DNA of 35,617 bases, from NCBI RefSeq assembly GCF_006345805.1, contig NW_021835658.1:1-35617 (forward strand), written 5' to 3'. How positions within the stretch are numbered: the first letter of the stretch is position 1; every line of letters begins with the position of its first letter. Position numbers and translations under genes: made by a program. Under the pieces are notes generated by a model. The model saw nothing but the letters and a program-made list of their open reading frames with translations. It made no database searches and had not been told where the DNA came from. The DNA comes from Octopus sinensis. Lineage: Eukaryota. Shown here piece by piece: positions 10,639 to 21,924 of this stretch.

Positions 10639-12869
10639 TATTTCATAACATTTGCCATAAAGGCAGTACATAGAGTAAGTTAGCTTTGCGGGCTGGACGA
10701 GGACATTAATGAAATGAATGATAATGAAAGAAAGATTATAAGGTTGGGAGAAGACAAAAAGCGCCCGCCGACTTCTGCTTCTCTAAAACATTGTTCTTTT
10801 AAAAACAAACACAAAACGAGGTATTAAATTGTTTTCAATTTTTGGACTTAGCAGTCCATTACTATTAACAACATAGTTCAATAATTACATATATAAATAC
10901 AATACACAAAGCCCCTCCTCCCAGACCTGGCTTACACTTCCCTTAGGAATGCGCTAGCTCTAGGTCGGGGCCCCTCAAGTCGTATCACAATTTGACTCGT
11001 CCTCGAAATAACTTGTGTCCGCGCTCTCCACCATCCACCACGCCTCCCTCAGAACGTAATCGAGTTCCGAGTTAGCGTCGCCCGGGACCGAGCTATAATC
11101 CTCATTGAGCTCCTTCAGCCCAAGCGTCACGTCGTACGCCACGGCCTCCACAGCTACCTGCGGAGGCCATTCGGGGTCCTGTGTGAAGGCTAAAGGTGCT
11201 CCCTTGTGGTGCTTTTCCATCACCTTTTCAATCTCTCCGCCTCTATAGAAGAGGATCAATACCTCGTTTTTGCTCGGGTGCGGGATATTCAATTCTTTCG
11301 TTGGCAGCACAGTTCCCGCCAACGGTATTTCTTCTCTTGTCGGTGGCACAACCCCAACCGACGTAGTTCCCGGACATTCGGTGCTATGTCACCGACAGCC
11401 GGTAATGTCCCGTTTCTCTTCCTCTTTTCTTTTTTTTCTTTTCAACTGAGGGAGGGTGCGTCTCCTCCGTAGCCGGAAGATTCGCCTTTCCCTCCTCATC
11501 CCTAGTATCCTTTGGTGAGCACCCATTGTGCTCACCTTCCTCTTTCGGCCTCTGTTTGAGGAGTCCTCTGCTTCCTCGACCGTTATCATTCCCTCTTCTA
11601 CAGGGGTTCACTTAACTGTTCCGGGATCCTATTTGTTCCCGGGACAGTTCTTCTTTATATGGCCGGACTCCAAGCACCGATGACACTTAGGGGGCGACCC
11701 TCAAGCATCACCGGGTACCTGCACCCGGCCATTTTCAAAAAATCTGGAAGAACCAGATTGGCTGATTGGGTCCAAAGGGTCAAAATTGCTTTTGACCCAA
11801 CCCAAGCAACCGCAGGAAGAACTTTTACATTGAGGAGCTTAGTTTCGCTGCCACCCAGACCCCGGCGGATAGTCTCCTCTATCCACTCGGGTTCTATCCC
11901 GGGTGGCAGCCCGCAAATCCAAGCTTTCGTCAGTCTCTTTTTTGGGTTCGTGGGCAGGAATAAAATTTCCTTACCCTCCAGAGGTTTACTAGCAAATTTG
12001 CAAGCCTCTTCAGGGGTGTCAAATAGCAACCACACCGTTGCATATTTGACACCCTGGAAATGAATTTAATTGTTGGCAAATACTCTGCCAACTCCTTTTC
12101 AATTGCCGTCTTTTCGAACAGGACGATGGTGTCGAGTGCCTTGGAGTAGGTTCTCAACACCACCGTCCTATCTTCACGGTCTTTTAACCACTTTTTAGGC
12201 GGTATGATCTCCCATTCCAAAACTTTGTTATTTTTCATTGCCATGTTTTTTTTTCCCCTTTTGGCTCTCTTTTTAAATATATTCAAAATAAAACTCAAAA
12301 AGCGAGAAGAAAAAGAAATCAGAAGAAAGTCACAATGAACAAAAAGGAGAAAGTCAAATAAAGTTTAAAAGAAAGTCAATAACACAGCAAAAACCTTCTG
12401 GCCATTCGGTACTCCCGGCCTAAATTGAACCCGGAACGCCGCAACTGGAACACAACTTCCGCAAAAATTGGTGTAAAATTGGTAAAAGTTGTTCAAACTT
12501 CGGAGGCAAACACTCCCCTATATACAGTTTCTCACAATTCTTAAAGTTCTTCACAGCACAATACAATTCTCATAATTAGGTGAGAAAAATATTCACTCAA
12601 TTATCGAAGACGAATACGCCCCCCAAAAATTCTCACAATTCAGCGAGAAAATATATTGCCCCATGTCGGCAGAATCAGAATTCTGAATCCAGTAGGACTT
12701 CCTGCCTGTAAAAAACAATTTTCAACAAAAATTCCCACTGGACCCAGAAAACAGAATCTTACCTTACAATGGAGCTTCAAAAATTTTCAATTCGAGACGG
12801 CTTCAAAAGCACGTCTTCACCGCTTCAGTGCCGAACACAACACTGACTCGCACATGCGCAGAAGCAACC
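10639..12869 (-). mobile_element. Non-autonomous non-LTR retroelement encoding only an ORF1/gag-like protein (HAL1-like; L1/Tx1 affinity inferred)
   Basis: Has a perfect 16-bp TSD, an ~625-nt 5' UTR (including gcggtgaagacgtgctttt), one degenerate ORF with a CCHC knuckle and an ~335-nt 3' UTR. It ends ...ggcaaatgttatgAAATA|AAg, so AATAAA overlaps the TSD. There is no room for, and no trace of, endonuclease or RT. Confidence 0.75.
10975..12244 (-). pseudogene. Frameshifted ORF1/gag-like nucleic-acid-binding protein with a CX2CX4HX4C zinc knuckle
   Basis: The ATG at 12244 starts MAMKNNKVLEWEII.... After frameshifts come WLLFDTPEEACKF...KAWICGLPPGIEPEWIEE (RRM-like, by eye), then YPVMLEGRP and PKCHRCLESGHIKKNCP (11644-11685). 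A charged, low-complexity region follows, and the C-terminal ORF ends at 10975. Confidence 0.8.
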
Positions 12870-13367
12870 TGTTAGCAAGCTACTTACCACACAGCCACTC
12901 CTGCGCCTATATATATATATACAAACATACACACACATTCGAAATCATCAGTGATATCGAAGCGTTTATGGATCCCTTGTGATGCTTCCCTATATATTGT
13001 TGTGGTCGAGTGCATTGCTGTGTGCCGGAGAGGGAATCGTGTGTCTTCGCTAGATTCAGTTCCTGCGCATGACTTTAGTGTGTGTTTGAGAAATTTCTAT
13101 ACATGGAAATCAAGTACACCAAAGCGTGCAAAAACGAGTGCGCACGCTCGTGCATGCCTGCGCATTTGGGCGTGTTTGTTCTAAGTTGTTGATGGCCGAG
13201 AGGAGAAAAGGTTGCTTATGAACTATTAGCATTACTCTTGATATTAATGTTTGTATTTCCTGCACGCGAGACGCAAAAAGAAATATAACTATGACATTTT
13301 AAAACAATATCTCAAGTACTTTTAGGCAGCAGTTTCATTCGTTAGCCGTCGGATCTTCAGAACCCAA

Positions 13368-13403
<36 letters not shown>

Positions 13404-13447
13404 TATATATTATATATATATAATATATATATATATATATAATATAT

Positions 13448-13686
13448 GAATGGTTGTATACTGTCAATCTAACAAGGAACATGACAGTAGGGGGTACACC
13501 ACCGCTGTATAGCCCTAGGAAGCATCGAACGCCTCCTGATGGCTTTGACACATTTTCCCCTGTGTCCTTATATACAGGGAAAAATGTGTCAAAGCCATCA
13601 GGGGCGTTCGATGCTTCCTAGGCTATACAGCGGTGGTGTACCCCCTACTGTCACGTTCTTGTTAGATTGACAGTATACAACAATTC
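13448..13686. repeat. Near-perfect 239-bp palindrome (fold-back/MITE-like)
   Basis: 13448-13563 is the reverse complement of 13574-13686 with few mismatches, around the 10-nt loop gtccttatat. Confidence 0.9.
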
Positions 13687-14186
13687 TATCGCCCCACCAC
13701 CGTACATATCTCTACGAGAGATTTAGAAATTCAATATTTCTTATATATTATATATATATATATATATCGCTCTCTCGCTCTCTCTCTGTCACACACACAC
13801 ACACACACACACCACACACACACACACATTTATATATATAGTTTGTCATAGAAAATAGTCCTGAGGTGACTTTTTAAAAAAATGAAGATTCCAAACTCTA
13901 TAGCTAAGAGCAGCGTTTCCCATCAACCGGGGTTCTCCCCACGCCAGAGGTCGCTCGGTGTTTCTAACAAAACACTAATAAGTAGGGTAATTATATGCAA
14001 TAGAGTAAATTTTGTGTTTAATTAGGCTGTTGTAACTTTAGTGCATACGCACGAAATATTCGAAATCTTGGTATCTGTAAGTAGTTAGGTGCTCTGAAAT
14101 AAAGATAAAATTCTGGGCCTTAATATCTCCAGCTCTGTGAGTCATGTGGTTAGTTACCCTGTTTCCATGGGGGAATATTATTGATA

Positions 14187-14505
14187 CTTCGTTGGTTACG
14201 ATAATCAGGGTTCCTCTTGATTCACGAGCAAGGGAACAGCTTGCCTGTGAAGTTAACATGCAATTGACTGAATGCTCTAGGGACGCATACCCTTAATCTA
14301 GCTCCCAGGGAGATTCAGTGTGACGTAGAATGTGACAAGGTTGGCCATTTAAATTTCAGGTACTAATAATGTTTCTCAGCCAAATGAACTGGAGAAAAGT
14401 GAAATAAAATGTCTTGCTCAAGAATGCAACACATACTCACGATTCGAACTGACGACCTTTACGATCGTGAGTCGAATACCTTAACTAGTAGGCCACGCGC
14501 CTTCA
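14187..14505 (-). mobile_element. tRNA-derived SINE (family D), degraded
   Basis: Reverse complement reads tgaaggcgcgtggcctactagttaagg...agttcgaatc...gttgcattcttgagcaagacattttatttcac. The 3' boundary is approximate. Confidence 0.65.
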
Positions 14506-14594
14506 TCGAGATAACTACGATCTCCCTGGATGGGACGCCAGTTCATTGCAGGGTTACTCACTCACAAATGCGTGGACTGTAGTAACGTGAAATG

Positions 14595-14829
14595 AAATGC
14601 TTGTGTGTTTGTGTCTGTGTGTCTGTGTCTGTGTCTGTCCCACGAGAATTGCTTGACAACCGATGCTGGCGTGTTTATGTCCCCGTCACCTAGCGGTTCG
14701 GCAAAACAGACCGATAGAATAAGTACTGGGCTTGCAAAGAATAAGTCCCGGGGTCGAGTTGCTCGATTAAAGGCGGTGCTCCAGCATGGCCGCAGTGAAA
14801 TGACTGAAACAAGTAAAACCGTAAAATAG
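14595..14829 (+). mobile_element. SINE family A, 3' half
   Basis: gcttgacaaccgatgctgg...aaaggcggtgctccagcatggccgcagt...gaaacaagtaaaa followed by (TA)n. Confidence 0.9.
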
Positions 14830-14856
14830 TATATATATAATATATATATATATATT

Positions 14857-14898
<42 letters not shown>

Positions 14899-15124
14899 TA
14901 TATAGACACATACACGCACACACAGACATACACATTCACAACTCAAATAGAGAGGTGCGCACAGACACACAAGCACACAAGACACCGTCAGGTCAGGGAA
15001 TCGAAACCACAATCTAATGATAATGAGTGTCACACCCTAACCATGCACTTTCGCAGCTCATAGGATAGAATAATGGTTAATAGGGATTTGTTAGGGATTT
15101 GTTGGGGGATTTGCTGTAATAATG

Positions 15125-15420
15125 TTTTGGTTCAGATAAATGATCTTAAATAGTGTCCCATAAGTATTGACAAAACCTCGTGAAGTCCCTTAGGAGTCGA
15201 TGGGGCCCTGCAGCCATGAAACACATCATAGGCGAGAATACCCGGTGGGGGCCCATTCTTCTCTGGGCTAAACTCATTTCTACAGGTGAGGACCGGAGCA
15301 ACGGGAAATGAAGTGTTTTGCTCAAGAGCACAACGCATAACCCGATCCGGGGATCGAAACCTCAATCTTATGATCATGAGTCCAGCAACCAAACCACTAA
15401 GCCACAAGCTTGCTCCCCGT
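15125..15420 (-). mobile_element. tRNA-derived SINE, degraded (related to family D)
   Basis: The reverse-complement head reads gtggcttagtggtttgg...ggtttcgatcccc...gttgtgctcttgagcaaaacacttcatttc. The 3' boundary is approximate. Confidence 0.6.
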
Positions 15421-15453
15421 ACACATAAAGAGTACATACAGGCACACACACAC

Positions 15454-15485
<32 letters not shown>

Positions 15486-15488
<3 letters not shown>

Positions 15489-15772
15489 ACTCTTTTACTT
15501 GTTTCAGTCATTTGACTGCGGCCATGCTGGAGCACCGCCTCTAGTCGAGCAAATCGACCCTGGGACTTATTCTTTGTAAGCCCAGTACTTATTCTAGCGG
15601 TCCCTTTTGCCGAACTGCTAAGTGACGGGGACGTAAACACACCGGCATCGGTTGTCAAGCAATGCTAGAGGGACAAACACAGACACACAAACAAACACAC
15701 ATATACATATATATATACATATATACGACAGGCTTATTTCAGTTTCCGTCTACCAAATCCACTCACAAGCCG
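15486..15772 (-). mobile_element. SINE family A, 5'-truncated
   Basis: Matches the family A body and 3' end. It forms the left arm of a head-to-head pair. Confidence 0.9.
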
Positions 15773-15784
15773 GTCGTATATATG

Positions 15785-15817
<33 letters not shown>

Positions 15818-16027
15818 TTGTGTGTCTGTGTCTGTCCCCCTAGCATTGCTTGACAACCGATGCTGGTGTGTTTACGTCCCCGTCACTTAGCAGTTCGGCA
15901 AAACAGACCGATAGAATAAGTACTGGGCTTGCAAAGAATAAGTCCCGGGGTCGAGTTGCGCGATTAAAGGCGGTGCTCCAGCATGGCCGCAGTCAAATGA
16001 CTGAAACAAGTAAAAAGAGTAAAAGAG
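15773..16027 (+). mobile_element. SINE family A, 3' half
   Basis: Same subfamily as 14595-14829 (caaaacagacc, gcttgcaaag, gtcgagttg, gattaaagg). The PLE is inserted in its (TA)n tail. Confidence 0.9.
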
Positions 16028-16061
<34 letters not shown>

Positions 16062-16172
16062 ATATATATTATACCGGAGTAAACACATAAATGTGAAACA
16101 AGGTGAAAAAAAAGAGTACTCCAATACCAGTGGTAGAGTAATATGCTTTATTTTAAGCAGCAGAAAATTCAA

Positions 16173-16221
16173 CAAAATCTGTTACTCTGAGTTTCTCGTT
16201 GCCGTTCATCAGACAGTTTTT
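16173..16221 (-). ncRNA. Minimal type I hammerhead ribozyme motif (inverted arm of PLE family A)
   Basis: Exact reverse complement of 19528-19576. Confidence 0.75.
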
Positions 16222-16398
16222 GCTAGAATGGAACATATATATTAATTCAATCTATACTCTTACAAACGCTACACCTTTAAAAAGAAATGGACTTGTTTGA
16301 TTGGCCCTTCACATTTATGTGTTTACTCCGGTCTAACCCGCTCCTTGTAAAAGTTTGAGCGACTCTGCACAAGTAGGAAGAACAAACAGCTGAAAAAA

Positions 16399-18506
16399 AT
16401 GGAACTTTACCCGGTGGATTTTTCTCAGAAAAATATACCTATCCCTGCACGAAAACAATATATCAAAGGTCTTATAGAGAAAACGGAAGAGTTTATTAGA
16501 AGACTGAGATGGAAAGCCTTCTTCTTTGATAATAACAGAAAATAGAAGGTAACAAATATGATTTAAATCTCCCAGAAACCCGCCACCGATTCCGGAATTA
16601 GAAGCCTTCGAGAAAGACCTTTTCGAGATTATTAGGAAAATTAAATTCCGCAAATTTACCAACCAATTGCAAAAAAACATGAGAGAAAAAATTAAGGAGA
16701 TTAACGACTCGAATAAGATCTTCGTTAATTCTGACAAGACAAGGAACTTATATGCACTTGATAAGGACGTTTATAAACGCCTGATTTCGAATAGTGTCAC
16801 GGACACATACAAAAAAGACAACACGAATATATACAAAGAGGTGAACTTAGAAGCAAGAGGAATAGCTAACGATCTTAAGATTAGCGATAGGATTGAATAC
16901 CTTTCACCACGACCAGCTTTTATTACTCTGAAAGACCATAAGACAATTTTAGTAGAAACCCCAAATGTAGATTGATAATCCGGCTAAAACTGAGATAGGA
17001 ATTATTAGCAAAATATTTTGGACCGTATTTTAGTTAAGTTAGATAGTGAAGTAGACTTGAGAATTTGGAAGAATAGTAAGTCAGTTATAGAGTGGTTTAA
17101 AGGTATTAGCTATAAGAATAATTGTAGTTTCACACATTCGACATTATTGACTTTTACCCGTCGATATCTAGGACGTTGCTCCTAAGGCATTGGACTTCGC
17201 CAAGCAGTATGTCAACATCGATAGCTCGGAAATTGAAATTATTATGCATGCGAGGAAATCGCTTCTGTTTTTCGAGGATTCCACCTGGATTAAGAAGACT
17301 GAGGATTCTCTTTTCGATGTACCGATGGGGGCATACGACGGGGCTGAATTATGTATGCTCATAGAGCCTTTATTCTCCATAATCTAAAAATAGAATTCCC
17401 ATTTATAGATGCAGGTCTATATAGGGATGACGGCCTTATAGCCACGCATAATCTAAACGGCCATGAATCAGATAGACTTAGGAAGGACCTTATAGCTTTC
17501 TTTCAAAGGATGGGCTTACGGATTACGATAGATACTAACCTGAATAGTGTAGATTTTTTAGACGTAAATTTTAATGTAAGATCGGATAGATTTAAACCTT
17601 TCCGTAAGCCCAATGAAAAGCTATCGTATATTAGCAAAGATTCGAACCATCCACCAGTTATCCTTAGCAACTTAGTCAGCAATGTAGGTAGAAGAATATC
17701 TTCAATTTCTTCGGACGAGGCAGCATTCCATAATGCTGCACCTTATTACGATAGCGCATTAAAGAATAGTGGATTCTCGGAGAAGATCCATTTCAACCAG
17801 CTTAATGCTAATAATAATGCTGCACGAAGAACTAGGACCAGGAAGTTTTGTGGTTCAACCCGGCTTTCAATTTGGCCGTAAAGACTAATATAGGTAAGGA
17901 ATTTTTGAGATTAGTCTCTAAGCATTTTAAGCAGGGTCATAAATTCTACAGAATATTTAATAGAAGAACCCTGAAGGTTAGCTATTCTTGTTGCAGAAAT
18001 TTCGCCTCTTACATTAGCCAACATAATAGGAAGCTAATTGAGATTAGACATGGTGCCGAGCCCATTAAGAAATGTAATTTCAAAAACGAAAGCTCCTGTC
18101 CGTTAGAAGGAAAATGTCTAGTGAAAGGAGTGGTTTATAGAGCCAAGGTGCAAGTGGAAGGCTCATCGGAATACAAGACATACACAGGGGCTTCAGAAAA
18201 TTCATTTAAAACAAGATTTTATTCTCATAAGAATTCTTTTAAATACCAGAGAATAGGAAGAAAACCAGCCTAGCAAAATATGTCTGGGAACTAAAAAGAA
18301 AGGAAGCCCCACCTTTCAACGTGACATGGAGCATTCTGGACAGGGCGGCACCATACAGGCATGGAGCTTACAAATATAATTTCAAGTGCAAGCTTTGCTT
18401 ATTAGAAAAAATGCACATATTATTCAAAGACAATAATTCTTTGAATCAAAGAAGTGAGTTAATGAACTTATGTAGGCACGCGGCTAAATTTAAATGTCGA
18501 ATATAA
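16399..18506 (+). pseudogene. PLE polyprotein: reverse transcriptase plus C-terminal GIY-YIG endonuclease, about 7 frameshifts
   Basis: Starts MELYPVDFSQKNIPIPARKQYIKGLIEKTEEFIRRLRWKAFFF. RT motifs are SDKTRNLY, FDIIDFYPSI (~17137), MGAYDGAE, LYRDDGL and DFLDV. The endonuclease reads CPLEGKC..VVYRAKV..YTG..FKTRFYSHKNSF and CKLCLLEK..LNQRSEL..CRH. The stop is at 18506. Confidence 0.95.
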
Positions 18507-19527
18507 ATATACCATATGGATAGAGTATATATTTTGTATTTTGATTTTGATTTTGATTTTGACTCTTAAGCGCTACGACGGATCTATAGCAAAGTCTTAT
18601 TGTTTCTACATATATATTAGGAAAAACCTACAAACTTTGTTTTCATGTTATTGTATTGCATAGGATTACCTTGATTATTTATATTACCTTGATTATTTAT
18701 AAATGACCCAAAATAGATGTTATTTTATTTTATATGTCTTTCGTATGTATTTTATTAATGCACCCATTTTTTAAAAGCAATGTTTTTTTAAAAAAAGCAA
18801 TGTTGTCAAATTTAGAATGTTTATATAAGTTTGTGTATAGCAAAGCATATGTATTTGTAAGCATGCGTATCTGTGTATGTGTAAGTGAAAGTATGCTTGT
18901 GCTTAAGCACGCATACACACGACGGTATGTATTGTATCAATTCAAACTTGTGTATGTATACTGGCCTCTATAGATGCCAATAACATCGCTACAAGTTTCC
19001 CCCCCCCTCTCTTCGTTCCTTTTTCTCTCTCTTCCCTTTCTTTCGTTCCCCCTCCTTGCTCAGTATATGAGAATTGCTACATAGATGAATTTTAGCTTGC
19101 GTGCGAGACGGTTTGCGTGAATATATGTACACATGCTTTTATGTGTATAATTTAGATTCATATTCATACGTCTGTATATGTATGTATGGCGTTTACGCGC
19201 ATCCTTTTGTGTATGTTGATATATATATGTGGATTTTAATATAAATATGTATTGCAGTATTTATACAGGTTTAATTTCTATGCATTATTTGTACTGTCTT
19301 CATTAACGGCAATAGGTTTTTTCCTCGGTTTTTTCCTCGGATTTTATAATTTTTATAATTTTTATAAGTTTTTTTATATATATATACATATATTTTTGAC
19401 CTTTTTGTTTATCGCTCGAAGATTGACCGTTTTTTTCTAAAGGGCCAATCAAACAAGTCCATTTCTTTTTAAAGGTGTAGCGTTTGTAAGAGTATAGATT
19501 GAATTAATATATATGTTCCATTCTAGC

Positions 19528-19576
19528 AAAAACTGTCTGATGAACGGCAACGAGAAACTCAGAGTAACAGATTTTG
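19528..19576 (+). ncRNA. Minimal type I hammerhead ribozyme motif (sense arm of PLE family A)
   Basis: aaaaa-CTGT-CTGATGA-acg gcaa cga-GAAA-CTC a GAG-TA-ACAG-atttt. The core is canonical, stem I is CTGT/ACAG, stem II is very short, and stem III is near-palindromic with a 1-nt loop. Confidence 0.75.
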
Positions 19577-19959
19577 TTGAATTTTCTGCTGCTTAAAATA
19601 AAGTATATATATATATATATATATATATTCATATATAGACACATACATGCAGACACAAACATACACATTCACATACATAACAAATACGAATACATAAACA
19701 ACCGTATATATATGCGCGCGCGCACACACATCACATACACACACATACACACATACACTCAAATAGAGAGGCGCGCACAGACACACAAACACCAAGACTC
19801 TGTGACGCTCAGACAGAATCGAGCGAGTCAAAATATATTATTACGTTACATCATCAAACAATTCACATATGTAATGAATATATCTATTTTTATATCTTTC
19901 AGCTTTTAATGTTGTTAGTCTTACATTAGACGCACTTTTTATACATTAGAAAGATATTT

Positions 19960-20128
19960 TTCTAATTATCGTATCACACACTCTCACACACATACAGGAA
20001 TAACTCTATACAATATGTATGTATGTATGTATGCATGTATGTATGTATGTACGCATATATGTATGTATATGTACATAATATATATGTATAAATAAATACC
20101 TATATAATATACAGTCCGTAATAATGTA

Positions 20129-20160
<32 letters not shown>

Positions 20161-20243
20161 CACTTACATAATTACAATGTATATATTATGTAGGTATATA
20201 TTAATACAAATACATAATTATTTTAGAATTTACATACATATAT

Positions 20244-20296
<53 letters not shown>

Positions 20297-20409
20297 ATAT
20301 CTATATATGCATATAATATAACATAAATATATAATGTAAATAAATAAAAACATGTATATAAGTGTATGTATATGCATACGCACATATATATGATTGTGTG
20401 TATGCATAA

Positions 20410-20443
<34 letters not shown>

Positions 20444-20583
20444 TATATATGTATGTATATATATATACACATACATACATAATATATAAAAGTATATATA
20501 TATATGTGTGTGTGTGTACATATATTTATATATATATATACAAATATACAGATATATAAGTAAATGAAAACGTATAAAGTTTG

Positions 20584-20628
<45 letters not shown>

Positions 20629-20968
20629 TTATTTATTTATTTATATATGTTGATATATAGAAAGATAATTAGATAGAGAGATAAATAGATATATGTAATA
20701 TGAATATAAATATGCATGAATAGAAATATAGCTGCATATACGTCTATGCATGTATGTGTATATGTATATATGTCTGTCTGTCCGTCCGTCCCTTTGGCTG
20801 TCTGTCTGTCTGTCTGTTCGTCTATCTGTATGTACGTATGTATACACACAGTGATCTATCTAGTTATACTTCTTCGTAATCGTTTATTTTGTATTCTCAA
20901 TAGGTACTTTAATGTCTATCAACGTTTACGAGCATATGCATATAATATACATACATACTACACACACA

Positions 20969-21014
<46 letters not shown>

Positions 21015-21026
21015 AATATACTACAT

Positions 21027-21060
<34 letters not shown>

Positions 21061-21081
21061 ACTTATATGTATATTATATAT

Positions 21082-21124
<43 letters not shown>

Positions 21125-21232
21125 CATATATATACTTATATGTATTTATATATAAATATACATTTATGTAACTATATATATATATATATGTACATATAAA
21201 TATCACAGAAATATTAAATTTCTAAATATCTC

Positions 21233-21264
<32 letters not shown>

Positions 21265-21500
21265 ACTCTTTTACTCTTTTAAGAGCATATATTTATATAT
21301 ATATACATATATATAAATATATACATACACATATAAAACTATATACATGCATACACACGCGCAACACACTCACACGTATACACACATGTCTATATTTTGC
21401 ATATGTTTAGGCATGAATTTATATATATATATACACATATCTATATATACACATATATCTCTCTATATATATATAAACACTCGTACCGCTGTAAAAAACG
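19960..21500. repeat. (TA)n/(CA)n/(TATG)n-rich low-complexity tract
   Basis: Read directly from the sequence. Confidence 0.9.
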
Positions 21501-21559
21501 TAAATAGCTTTATAGATGTTCGGAGAGCAAGCAGATTAGTGAGAATGATTTTTTGTTAA

Positions 21560-21867
21560 TTATTATATTTACGGTTATGTTAATGCTGTTGTGGTTGTTG
21601 TTGTTGTTGTTGTTGTTGTTACTGCTGTAAAACGCTGATGACGGCGATGTCAATGATGATGATGATGATGATGATGATGATAACTACGGTGATGCCATCG
21701 ACGACGGCGGCGACGAAGACGATGTTGCTAGTAATGAACGGGATGATGATGATGATGATGATGACGATGATGGTGATGATGGTGATGACGACGGTGATGA
21801 TGATGATGACGGTGGCGACGGCCGCCGCCGCTCACTACGATGATGACGGTAATGATGGTAATGATGC

Positions 21868-21924
<57 letters not shown>

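Larger units (their letters stand above)
10244..12908 (-). mobile_element. SINE family A split by a 2.2-kb insertion (body 10244-10638, head 12870-12908)
   Basis: The body stops at tgttagcaagctactt (10623-10638). The missing head accacacagccactcctgcgcc resumes after the same 16-mer at 12870-12885. Confidence 0.9.
16072..19603 (+). mobile_element. Near full-length Penelope-like retroelement (family A) with inverted 5' pseudo-LTR
   Basis: Carries an RT plus GIY-YIG ORF. A 164-bp inverted repeat at 16146-16309 / 19440-19603 showed no mismatch by eye. A 74-nt extension lies at 16072-16145, whose outer 23 nt recur inverted at 16310-16332. Both flanks are (TA)n. Confidence 0.95.
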
